Virus record (IMG/VR): IMGVR_UViG_3300030095_006577
Span: 1 to 42,942 of that record
Source of the DNA: a virus
Taxonomy: Duplodnaviria; Caudoviricetes
Length of the DNA stretch: 42,942 nt
Direction: 5' to 3' (one strand)
The position numbers and the translations under genes were made by a program. The notes beneath the pieces were generated by a model. The model was not told where the DNA came from. It saw nothing but the letters and a program-made list of their open reading frames with translations, and did no database searches. Below, in pieces: positions 1 to 9,500 of the stretch (the stretch's first letter is position 1; every line of letters begins with the position of its first letter).

Positions 1-774
1 GATAATCTAGATACCGGTAAAAAAGAAAATTGTAACCCAAATGCAAAATATATCTTTGAAGACATATTGGATGTATTTTCTGGGGAAACGCCAGAATATC
101 TAAAAGATGTTGAAGTTGTCTTTCACTTGGCAGCTTTGGCTAGAATTCAACCTAGCTTCAACAGGCCGGCGAAAACAATTGATGTGAATGCTCGTGGTAC
201 GTCCCTGGTGTGTGAGTTCGCAAGAAATGTTGATGCAAAGCTTGTTTATGCTGGCTCAAGCTCTTTTTATGCTGGAGTTTATCTAAATCCATATGCTTTT
301 ACAAAATGGCAAGGAGAAGAGATTTGCAAAATGTATTCAGAGGTCTATGGGACGAAGACAGCAATTGCAAGATTCTTTAACGTATACGGAGAAAGGCAGC
401 CTTACGAGGGGCCTTATGGAACCGTTGTGGGTATCTTTGAAAGGCAATTTGGAACTGGACAAGATTTGACTATTACAGGAAATGGTGAGCAAAGGAGAGA
501 TTTTACCTACGTTAAGGACATCTGCTCTGGCCTCATTGCTATGAGTAAGGGAGAATTTTTAGGAGAGGTGTTTAACTTAGGACGAGGAGAAAACTTCTCA
601 ATCAATGAGTTGGCTGGGTTCTTTACTGGTGCTGAGACTACCTATATTCCTGCACGCCCTGGCGAGGCCTGGGAGACATTGGCAGACATATCAAAGAGCA
701 CAGAAACGCTAAGCTGGACACCGAACTATGATCTACAAAGTTATGTTTCTAGCTGGATTGAGAGAAATAAGTAA
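1..774 (+). CDS. NAD-dependent epimerase/dehydratase (extended SDR), 5'-truncated
   Basis: Frame is open from base 1 (DNLDTGKKENC...), so the start at 67 is not the true start. Motifs VFHLAA, YAGSSS, catalytic YAFTK (YxxxK), RFFNVYG, GNGEQRRDFTYVKD. Confidence 0.92.
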   Translation, partial: DNLDTGKKENCNPNAKYIFEDILDVFSGETPEYLKDVEVVFHLAALARIQPSFNRPAKTIDVNARGTSLVCEFARNVDAKLVYAGSSSFYAGVYLNPYAFTKWQGEEICKMYSEVYGTKTAIARFFNVYGERQPYEGPYGTVVGIFERQFGTGQDLTITGNGEQRRDFTYVKDICSGLIAMSKGEFLGEVFNLGRGENFSINELAGFFTGAETTYIPARPGEAWETLADISKSTETLSWTPNYDLQSYVSSWIERNK

Positions 775-776
775 CA

Positions 777-1397
777 ATGTCAAACCCAGAAGTTTCTATT
801 ATTATAACAAACTATAATTATGGAAAATATCTCCCAAGGAGCATAAGGAGCTGCTTGTCCCAAAACTTGGCTAATGTTGAGGTTATAGTTGTAGACGACG
901 TAAGCACTGATAATTCAATTGAAGTATTAAAACCTTTTGAAAACCATGTAAGACTCGTTAAAAACGAACACAATATGGGAGTTGCGGCGTCAGCCAACGA
1001 GGGCCTAAAGCTTTCCAGGGGCCAGTTTGTGATACGTGTTGATGCAGATGATTTTGTAAGCGCCGATATGGCCTATTTTATGAAAACTTATTTGGAAACT
1101 AATCACGATGCTTTTTGTGTTTCTTGTGACTATACTTTAGTAGATGATTATGAAAACATGATTGAAAGAAAGTATGCTGAAAAAGACAATATCTCTTGTG
1201 GTATTATGTACAGAAGAGACCTCCTATTAGAGTTTGGTGGTTATAATCCAAATATGAGACATCGAGAGGAAGAAGAGCTGAGAAAGAGATTAGGAGAGTA
1301 TTACAAAATACATCATCTAAGAATTCCTTTCTACAGGTATAGAATGCACAACACTAACAAAACTAAAGAACCGGAGTACGAGACATGGAAAATATAA
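777..1397 (+). CDS. Glycosyltransferase family 2 (GT-A fold)
   Basis: VSIIITNYNY, VVDDVSTD, NMGVAASANEG and the DxD motif in RVDADD. Confidence 0.92.
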   Translation: MSNPEVSIIITNYNYGKYLPRSIRSCLSQNLANVEVIVVDDVSTDNSIEVLKPFENHVRLVKNEHNMGVAASANEGLKLSRGQFVIRVDADDFVSADMAYFMKTYLETNHDAFCVSCDYTLVDDYENMIERKYAEKDNISCGIMYRRDLLLEFGGYNPNMRHREEEELRKRLGEYYKIHHLRIPFYRYRMHNTNKTKEPEYETWKI

Positions 1398-2245
1398 AGC
1401 ATAATGTTGGAATCATAGGAAATGGCTTTGTTGGGTCAGCCGTGGCCCACGGTTTTGGATTGCATGCAAATGTAAAAATTTATGATTCAAATCCTAATAG
1501 AACTACCCACACAATGTCTGAAGTGGTGAATACATCTGAATTTATTTTTGTATCTGTTCCCACTCCCATGAAGAATGTTTTGGGAGGTTCGATAGATACA
1601 ACAATTCTTTATTCAGTGTTCGAAAAAATATCTGAATTAAATAAAAGGGACGATAACATTTTTATAGTCAAGTCGACCATTGTCCCTGGCACTATGGAGT
1701 CCCTCATACAAGCATACCCAGGACTAAACATAGTCCATAGTCCAGAGTTTTTGACTGAGCGTAGTGCAAGATTGGATTTTATAAACGCATCTAGAATTAT
1801 TCTAGGTGGAGAAACAGGCCTAATAAACAAAGTTGAGCCATTTTTAAGGAACAGATTTCCACATGTTAAGATAATTAAAACAGATGTCACAACAGCACAA
1901 TTTATTAAATACATGGCAAATTGTTTCTTTTCAACTAAAGTCTCATTTATGAACGAAATGAAACAAGCTGCAGAAGTCCTTGATGTAAACTGGGGTGAGG
2001 CTCTTAATGGCCTTGTGTCCGATGGTAGGATTGGTAATTCTCACCTAGATGTACCTGGGCATGATGGACATATGGGATTTGGTGGAAAATGTTTCCCCAA
2101 AGACTTAAATGCATTTATAGGATTATTTAATAAAATAGGCGTTGAGCCAAAAGTCATGACTGCAACTTGGGAAAAAAACCTAGAGGTCAGAAATGAATAC
2201 GACTGGAAAAATATAGAGGGCGCGGTCTCCAAAGAGGGACAATAG
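1385..2245 (+). CDS. UDP-glucose/GDP-mannose dehydrogenase family protein, short form lacking the C-terminal domain
   Basis: Rossmann GIIGNGFVG, FVSVPTP, IVKSTIVPG, SPEFLTE, KYMANCF and catalytic GFGGKCFPKD. Only 286 aa. Confidence 0.9.
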   Translation: MENIKHNVGIIGNGFVGSAVAHGFGLHANVKIYDSNPNRTTHTMSEVVNTSEFIFVSVPTPMKNVLGGSIDTTILYSVFEKISELNKRDDNIFIVKSTIVPGTMESLIQAYPGLNIVHSPEFLTERSARLDFINASRIILGGETGLINKVEPFLRNRFPHVKIIKTDVTTAQFIKYMANCFFSTKVSFMNEMKQAAEVLDVNWGEALNGLVSDGRIGNSHLDVPGHDGHMGFGGKCFPKDLNAFIGLFNKIGVEPKVMTATWEKNLEVRNEYDWKNIEGAVSKEGQ

Positions 2246-2259
2246 AAAGGAATAACAAA

Positions 2260-2439
2260 ATGCCAAGATCAACAAAAAAGGATACTACAATGGACAACAA
2301 CATGACAACTATGAAGCAGAGGATTAGCACCCTAACTGATAGAATTGTAACTCTTGAGAGAAAGTTGTCTACTACTCAAGACAGAATCCAACAGGATATG
2401 AAGAGGTTGGTAGAAATGGTATCGGAGAATAAAAGATGA
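2260..2439 (+). CDS. Small coiled-coil hypothetical protein (59 aa), not in the ORF track
   Basis: Manual translation MPRSTKKDTTMDNNMTTMKQRISTLTDRIVTLERKLSTTQDRIQQDMKRLVEMVSENKR*. AAAGGA SD upstream, fills the gap exactly, ATGA overlap with the next gene. Confidence 0.8.
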   Translation: MPRSTKKDTTMDNNMTTMKQRISTLTDRIVTLERKLSTTQDRIQQDMKRLVEMVSENKR

Positions 2440-2675
2440 AAACTTTTAATTTATCCGATCAAGCACTGGGGGCTGTCATGATGGCCTTGCAGAAATCATT
2501 AATGGAACAGTCCGATATTGTTCCAACTTTAAAGGGTATGGATTTTGTTCTTACGGAACAAGGTCTGGTTGTTAGCAATCCACCGTTGGTGAAGTTTGAA
2601 TCAGACGGTATGGTTCTTTATGATGATGCCGATGAGGAACAAACCACCCTCATAGATGAAACTACCAGCGATTAA
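2436..2675 (+). CDS. Hypothetical protein with acidic C-terminus
   Basis: 79-aa ORF, GGAG upstream, coupled to both neighbours (ATGA overlap; TAA directly followed by ATG). Confidence 0.75.
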   Translation: MKTFNLSDQALGAVMMALQKSLMEQSDIVPTLKGMDFVLTEQGLVVSNPPLVKFESDGMVLYDDADEEQTTLIDETTSD

Positions 2676-2939
2676 ATGCCAACATATACCTACGAATGCA
2701 TGGTATGTAATGAAGTATTTGATGAATTTCATTCAATGTCGGAAACGCTAAGTAATTGCACAAAATGCAATTCGCTAAAGATAAAAAAAATTATCCCCAA
2801 GCAGTCGCCTATGACAATAAAAAGAGATTCATCAAAAACTAAGGTTGGTTCAATTGTAAATGAATATATAAAGAACGCATCTGAAGACTTAAGAGTCCAA
2901 AAGAAGAGTCTTGAAACAAAGAATTATAAAGTAAAATGA
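2676..2939 (+). CDS. FmdB-family zinc-ribbon protein
   Basis: MPTYTYECMVCNEVFD...CTKCNS: two CxxC pairs with the MPxYxYxC start typical of the family. Confidence 0.85.
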   Translation: MPTYTYECMVCNEVFDEFHSMSETLSNCTKCNSLKIKKIIPKQSPMTIKRDSSKTKVGSIVNEYIKNASEDLRVQKKSLETKNYKVK

Positions 2940-3241
2940 TTACATTATCTATAGTTTTATTCATTTCTATGTGCATCAATATTTTATTGATATGGTACTG
3001 TCGTAGGTTGACAAAACAATTCATATTTTTCACACAAAATGTTGTCGAACTAGAAAATAAACTAAATAGTTTTGATAGTCATCTTGGCAGTGTGCATAAA
3101 TTAGAAATGTTCTATGGAGACGATACCTTGGGTGGTTTGATCGATCACTCAAGAAGTATTGTTGAATCCATAAAGCAATTCAATGATGAATTCATGTTGG
3201 ATGACGAGGAGATAGAAGAAGAACCGGGTTTCGAGGAATAG
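2936..3241 (+). CDS. Small membrane-anchored coiled-coil hypothetical protein
   Basis: N-terminal hydrophobic helix ITLSIVLFISMCINILLIWYC followed by RR, a heptad-like segment and an acidic tail. Confidence 0.75.
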   Translation: MITLSIVLFISMCINILLIWYCRRLTKQFIFFTQNVVELENKLNSFDSHLGSVHKLEMFYGDDTLGGLIDHSRSIVESIKQFNDEFMLDDEEIEEEPGFEE

Positions 3242-3247
3242 AAAAAC

Positions 3248-3949
3248 ATGGCCGCACGTAAAGGAAGAAAGCCCAAAAAGAGTAAGCAATACTATTTTAC
3301 CAAAGAGCATGAGAATGCGATAGTTGAGTATGCTAATACTAGAGATATTCGAATAAGAACAGAGTTATACATAAATTACATAGAACCTGCTTTTAGCGAG
3401 ATGGTTGATAAAGTTGTATTCACTTATAAGTTTACGTCTTTACCAAATATTGAGTCTCTAAGAGAAGAATGCAAAGTATGGTTAACAACAATATTGGATA
3501 AATATGACCCAGCGAAGGGATCAAAAGCTTTTTCCTATTTTTCTGTAATAACAAAAAATTGGTTTATACATAAGGTAAAGAAGACCACGGCTAGGTCAAG
3601 AAGAGAAACGGACCTTGAAGATATAACAGGAGAGGTGGAACAAAGATACCTATCCTCATACAACCCCTATCATCACGATAGGGAGGAAAAAGAATTTTGG
3701 AATTTTTTGTGGCAAGAGATAGACACTTGGGACACAGGGACATTAAAAGAAAATGAAAAGAAGGTCCTGGAAGCAGTAAAGATTATTTTATCCAGCCCAG
3801 ATGAGATTGAAATTTTTAATAAAAAAGCTATTTATCTATATCTTAGGGAAATTACTGGACTTAATACAAAGCAAGTTGTAAACAATCTAAACAAAATGCG
3901 TATTAGATACCGTGTTTTCAAAGGTAAATGGAATCGCGGAGATATTTGA
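3248..3949 (+). CDS. Phage RNA polymerase sigma factor (T4 gp55-like, putative late sigma)
   Basis: Region-2-like LDKYDPAKGSKAFSYFSVITKNWF; C-terminal HTH-like LYLREITGLNTKQVVNNLNKMR; lies directly upstream of the structural genes. Confidence 0.78.
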   Translation: MAARKGRKPKKSKQYYFTKEHENAIVEYANTRDIRIRTELYINYIEPAFSEMVDKVVFTYKFTSLPNIESLREECKVWLTTILDKYDPAKGSKAFSYFSVITKNWFIHKVKKTTARSRRETDLEDITGEVEQRYLSSYNPYHHDREEKEFWNFLWQEIDTWDTGTLKENEKKVLEAVKIILSSPDEIEIFNKKAIYLYLREITGLNTKQVVNNLNKMRIRYRVFKGKWNRGDI

Positions 3950-4239
3950 TGAAAGACCTAAATGCCTATCTTGCAGAAGCCATAGACAATATTAGAAAAG
4001 ATAGAGAAGTGACCAAGGAGCTTCTAGACGATGTTATGCAATATATGTCAAAGGATGAGGAAAGCCATAAGGAAGTCGGACAGACTGCAGCAAAATATGT
4101 TGAAACTCTTCAAAGATCAAACGAACAACTAGTAAAAGTTAGCACGATTATACATAAACGTGAAAGTGCTGTCGGGCACCTTGGATTATCTGATAAGGAT
4201 AAAGATGATCTTTTTGATCTTATTAAGGACTCGCAATAA
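3949..4239 (+). CDS. Hypothetical helical protein (~96 aa)
   Basis: Probable start is the ATG at 3949 (TGATG overlap, GGAG upstream) rather than 3928. TAATG overlap with the next gene. Confidence 0.75.
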   Translation: MKDLNAYLAEAIDNIRKDREVTKELLDDVMQYMSKDEESHKEVGQTAAKYVETLQRSNEQLVKVSTIIHKRESAVGHLGLSDKDKDDLFDLIKDSQ

Positions 4240-5618
4240 TGGCAGACGATCCAAAAATACTCAGTATGGATTCTGAGCTGGATCCAAAAAGAAGAAATCC
4301 ATACCTAACAGCCACAGACAATGTATCAGACTCATCAAAAGATTTAGATGGCAAGATAGCCAAAGAGGCAGCCTTAGAAGCTTTTAAGAAGAATTACTTT
4401 AAAGATACGAAATCATTCAAGGCAATTGTTCTTAGAGTAAACGGTGACAAATCTGTTAGATCTCTTAGGACTAGTGCCAACGCTACAGGAGAAAACGTAC
4501 AGGATTATATCGAGGTACAAGCTAGAATACCAACTCTTCATGCCATGATCCCAAAACCAAAAATGGTTCCACCTAGGCCAGAGGACGCAGATAAGGACAA
4601 AGGTATAATAGAGATGCACCCAACTTTCTTAGCCAAAAGAGAAGGGGATTTATCAAATATAGAGGTTGGTGATGTGGTGCTAGTAGAGTTCAACAAAGGC
4701 CCAGGAGATGGGGTGCAATCCGAGGGAAGAATAGTAAAAATATACCAAAAAGCAAAAGTCATTAGCGGAGAAAACGGGGACGCCGATGCAGGGCAGTACC
4801 AAAGGGTTTTTGCATCAGACACAGAGAATCTTACAATGTCAGATGTTTTATCTGCCCAGCCTCCAGAAAGATATGGACAACCATCTAGCGAGCCAGCAAC
4901 TAGATTTAATTGGGAAAAGCTTGGAATAGTTGTTGACTCTGGTGCCTTGGATCAGATGTTTGAATATATAGGACAAAAAGAAGGAGGCACAGATAGATAT
5001 AATGCCGTTAATCGGGGGTTTGGCGGAGACTCCCCTGGTGGCGCTCAAAGGTATATAACAAGAAGTCCCAAAGACTTAACACAAATGACAATCCTTGAGG
5101 CCAGGTCATATCAGAGAGGAGCTAGGGGCCTTTCCGCTGGACAAAATGCCAATCTAGTAGACATGAGACAAGTTGTTTCTAATGGTGCTCCTCGTGGAGG
5201 CCCAGGGTTTTTGGCCATTGGTAGGTTTCAATTCATCCCGGCAACATTGCAAGAAATAATAGACAAGTCTAGAGCCCCCGGCGGGCCTCTATTCAATGAA
5301 AACACTCAAAAGAGGTTTTGTGCTTATTTGCTATTATCTAATAAGAAAAATCTAGGAAACTATTTAATTAGCAAATATGACGGAGCAGAACATGCTGGCC
5401 AAGACTTAGCTCTAATTTGGGCATCTATACCGCTACAATACACTTATGAGGCAACTGGTTGCGGAAGAGGCCAAAGTGCATACTGTGGAGATGAAGCAGG
5501 AAACAGGGCCAGCGAAAGCACTAGCGTAAACGAGGTTATTTCAATTTTGAGAGACACTAGGGAAAAAATGAAAAGAGTCCTTTCCGAACTTGGCATTGAA
5601 GAAGGGTCTGGGGAATAG
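4239..5618 (+). CDS. gp5-like baseplate hub protein: N-terminal OB-fold-like domain plus lambda-type lysozyme/lytic transglycosylase domain
   Basis: N-terminal FKAIVLRV...EVQARIP...EVGDVVLVEF. C-terminal IGQKEGGTDRYNAVN, MTILE, AIGRFQFIPATL, FNENTQ and LALIWASIP match the lambda-lysozyme-like pattern. Confidence 0.78.
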   Translation: MADDPKILSMDSELDPKRRNPYLTATDNVSDSSKDLDGKIAKEAALEAFKKNYFKDTKSFKAIVLRVNGDKSVRSLRTSANATGENVQDYIEVQARIPTLHAMIPKPKMVPPRPEDADKDKGIIEMHPTFLAKREGDLSNIEVGDVVLVEFNKGPGDGVQSEGRIVKIYQKAKVISGENGDADAGQYQRVFASDTENLTMSDVLSAQPPERYGQPSSEPATRFNWEKLGIVVDSGALDQMFEYIGQKEGGTDRYNAVNRGFGGDSPGGAQRYITRSPKDLTQMTILEARSYQRGARGLSAGQNANLVDMRQVVSNGAPRGGPGFLAIGRFQFIPATLQEIIDKSRAPGGPLFNENTQKRFCAYLLLSNKKNLGNYLISKYDGAEHAGQDLALIWASIPLQYTYEATGCGRGQSAYCGDEAGNRASESTSVNEVISILRDTREKMKRVLSELGIEEGSGE

Positions 5619-5621
5619 TTT

Positions 5622-6566
5622 ATGAGTCGCAAAGCTAGAGATTTTCAAGGCCTATCAGATAAGGAAAAGGAAAACAGAAAAGAGCTGTCAGAGGATGTTC
5701 GCACATCTGGTGTGGGAAACGGCCCATTAAAAGAGGCTGTTCCTGGCTATAAGACTGGTATTTTTGGAGGTTCTGAGACGATTATTTCTGGTAGGAATAA
5801 TGCTTGGATTGTTTTGGGCAGAGATCGAAATGCTGATTCTATGTCTGGATATGGCGGAAAAGCAAATACCCAGGCGGGAGCAATTGATATAGTTGTTGGA
5901 CGCATGGGAAACCTTAAGGACGGTCCAAAAAGCGATATCAGAGTAGACCCTAGTTTTTTTACCGACTCAGCCAGAATATACATAAGTCAAAAATCAGATA
6001 TAGATGATTATTTTAAGTTGGTTGGAAATACCCAACTAGAGGGCGTTTCTGGAATTGGTATTAAGGCAGACGGTGTTAGAATCATTGGCCGTAGAGGTGT
6101 AAAAATAGTTTCTGGAACTGGCAAAAATAAGGCCGGCGGGCCAGAGCTAGACTCCGAGGGAAAAACTATTGACAGCAAGGAGGGTATTGAGCTAATAGGC
6201 GCAAACGACGTTGAGGCTAACCCCCTAGAACCTTTGGTGAAAGCATATGCCTTATCAGAAACACTCCAAGTTCTAGTTGACGAAATTATGGATTTAAGGG
6301 GCATTGTTGATTCTCTTTCTTCAAAACAAACAAAAATAAACAATGCAATTAGTGCCCACACGCACACTGTGTCAGGTCCGACAATGATAGCTGCTCCTTC
6401 CCCAGAACTAGCCCTACAGAACTCTTCCTATGAAGCTCAAAAAATAGATGAAGTCAATTCAAAACTATATAAGCTTGGCATAAAACTAGGTAATAATTTT
6501 GTGACCAATCGTCTTTCTCCTGCGGGAAAAAAGTGGTTTGGTAGTAGATTTAACAAGACAAATTAG
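5622..6566 (+). CDS. Putative baseplate central spike protein (gp5 C-terminal / gpV-like) with HxH motif
   Basis: Repeated short beta-strand segments (IVLGRD, IDIVVG, RIYISQ, IGIKADGVRIIGRRGVKIV), then EPLV-helix and SAHTHTVSGP (HxH at 6357-6365). Follows the OB-lysozyme gene. Confidence 0.62.
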   Translation: MSRKARDFQGLSDKEKENRKELSEDVRTSGVGNGPLKEAVPGYKTGIFGGSETIISGRNNAWIVLGRDRNADSMSGYGGKANTQAGAIDIVVGRMGNLKDGPKSDIRVDPSFFTDSARIYISQKSDIDDYFKLVGNTQLEGVSGIGIKADGVRIIGRRGVKIVSGTGKNKAGGPELDSEGKTIDSKEGIELIGANDVEANPLEPLVKAYALSETLQVLVDEIMDLRGIVDSLSSKQTKINNAISAHTHTVSGPTMIAAPSPELALQNSSYEAQKIDEVNSKLYKLGIKLGNNFVTNRLSPAGKKWFGSRFNKTN

Positions 6567-6583
6567 AATTCAGGAGAAGCATT

Positions 6584-9500
6584 GTGGCAATTCCAGTAGG
6601 AACAATTGGTTCAGAGAATAGAGATAGATTTCGAAGGTCTGTACTGGAACCCCTGTTCGCTAGCACGTATATTAGAAGGACATATAGAAGAAACGCTGGG
6701 ACCGAAACAGACTTATCTAGAGGATATGAAAATGGAGAGGTTCTTGTATTTGGCGATGGTGGGATAAACTTTAGAAGTCTAGAAGAAGTATCTTCAGAGT
6801 CTTTTGACATAAGTGCGGATTGGGTTAATACATTCTGGGATGGATGGGACATGTCGGAGGCGCGACTTTGGTTGACCTCTGAAATCGAGCCTCGTTTAAG
6901 GCAGGCACTACTGTATTTGAATAATGTATATGGCCCACTAAACAAGTACGATGAGACTCTTGGGACTGAACGCGGTTCTGATACCATGAGATTTCTTGGT
7001 CTTGCCCCAGACAGCACCGCTGAAATAAGCCTATTTGACATAGGCACAAACGCTTCAGAAAAAAGAAACAACGCAAAAAGAATAGTACAAACATTGTTGA
7101 TGTTTGATGATGGACATGGGTGTCTCTCTAGAGAACAACGACAGATAGAAATATTTGCCTACCCCGTCCGAATGCCAGTAAAGTTTACTGATGCTTATTT
7201 TGGTGCAAGATTTATAGCACTTGGGTATTCTGACGTGTCTCCCGTTACGGGGGAAGCGTTTGTTTCAATTGCAAATCTGCCGGATATAGAAGATGGGCAA
7301 GGTCTTTTGGGTCCTGACCCAAGGCAGTTTGAACTTTGGAAAGAAAATGCGTTCCCGCAGGAAGAAGAGACAACTATTAGCACCAGCGCGGGGTCAACTA
7401 CCGACACCAGGCCAGGCACCAGAAATATACAATGTCCCATTCGCCCTCGACCTGACGCTGTTTTCGGCCCAGGAAGCGGAGCCCCTGCTGCAGAAACACC
7501 AGGCCCGTGCCCAGATATAGACAATGACCCGCCTGCAAGAGAAGATATTTGTACATTAAATATTAACGCTCAAATACCAGAGTGGACGGACCAAATGGAG
7601 CCGTTCTTAAATTCTAGAATTTGTGAATATTATATACCAATACAAACAACTTATGAGTGTGTGGGGGCAGATGAATTGCCTGAAAGAGTCCGTGAATACA
7701 CTGGCGATGCCGTCCAAAAAATGCTGGATTTCTTAAATAAGCAAGCATCTGTTATGCAAAGACAAATTTTAAGAGAATTTGTTGAAAATGAAGATTACTA
7801 TGAATTTGACAAAGCTCCAAATGTTGATGTGAAATTATTGTATAAGTGGCCGTTTGGACTTGTTAAAGCTTTGAGACTTCAAGACAGGGTTGCTCCAGCA
7901 GGCACCTCTTCTCAAGTCGGGACTAGCGTTGAAGTATCAACTTCGAATATTTTAGCAAACCTAGATACCTTAAAGCTAATTCTTCAGAATCTATCTCCTC
8001 AGCAGGTCAACATGTGGTCTCTGGATAGAGAAAAAATACTACTTGACGGAACGGCACGAGAAGCCAACATTCTTCAAGAATCACAAAGCATCATCTCGTT
8101 TAGGGTGGATATGCTAAAATTTCTAGATTCAAATAACTACATCCTACCTCTAGTCGGAGACAAACAATCACCAGGATCACAGTTCGAGATTCCGTCAGAG
8201 GGTGTCATAGCTGATAGTTTGCAGTTTTATTATGATTCTGATTATGGTTTATCTGCAATTCTTGCCCGCGAGTCTGGTGGGGACTATCAACCGCTAAACT
8301 TGGGAAATTTGCCATCTAATAGCTTTTTTAGAAATCCCACAATGTTGTCTTATCTTTTCAATTTGGATAGCATAATCACTCAATATAACAATAGCCAGGA
8401 ATTAAATGTAACTACTTTCCTACAACAATATCATTATCCATCAATTAGGGTTGCAAACCAAGCAAGCATTGGTGACGCTACTTTATTGCCCGCTAACTGC
8501 TCTGGTGGTGCTCTTGAGGATGTTGCAAACTCTGTTGTGGACGGCCTTGTTGACGCTGCTAAGGAATTTGCTGGTAGGTTTGCTGATAATTTATGTATGA
8601 CTGAAGAGCAAGCTGCTCGTAGAGACGCGGAAATGGAATCTTCAGTTGAAGATTTAAGAAACATTTTGAGCGAGCAAAATATGAAAAACATCGCTCTGCA
8701 AGATCCGCTGATATCAAATATAAGTTCTACTATAAATTCTATTGATCAAAGTAGAGACACTATCTCCGCAGCCTGGTCAAACTTGTTTGACAAACTAACC
8801 GCATGTGGTTTGTTTACGTTAGCATCAAAAACAATGGAAACCATTGCGAAAAATGATGTTTGTGGCATTTCACCAGAAATGGTGCTGATGATAGCGATAA
8901 AAGCATCATTAAAAAAGACAGACGCTCGCGCCTTAAGAGATGTTTTTAATGGATTGCCTGGGAATTTTCAAACCCAAATACAAGAACAATATGCCCAGAG
9001 ATTTAGAGAATTTGCCAATCAAGTTGGGTATAACGGCCCATCTGGCTTCCCTTGGGATCTAGAGGAGCAAAATAGGCAACTTGAGAGAGATAGGAAACAA
9101 GGACGTGTTCTTTATGATGGATCGCTTTTTACAGCACCATCCTTGGCACAAACAGAAAGTCGGTATCAAAACTCTTATAGAGCCGGATACCAAGCAAATA
9201 TAGATTTTGATGTTTCGTCTTTTACCTACCTTTCCCAGGGAGGTTATGACGAAGGGTCCTTTTGGGCTGGATACGTACAAGCCAGGGTGGATACCGATGC
9301 CGATACAATACAAGTTCCAAGCGAGATAGTGGCACCACCAAGATTCGATGTTTTAACTGACGCCCAGAGACTGCAGGCTAATTCGCCAAGTATTAATAGT
9401 AGTGCCTTTGGGCAATTAGCGGGCGGTCTAGTTGCAGATACGATAATGTTTGGTTTTGATACATTTGTTGAGGTCATGACTGATACACTTGGTATTGATC

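Noticed and set aside
67-69. TTG start given for the first ORF, and the 3928 start for the 103-aa ORF
   Set aside because: The first frame is open from base 1 with SDR sequence upstream of 67. The second is better explained by the coupled ATG at 3949.
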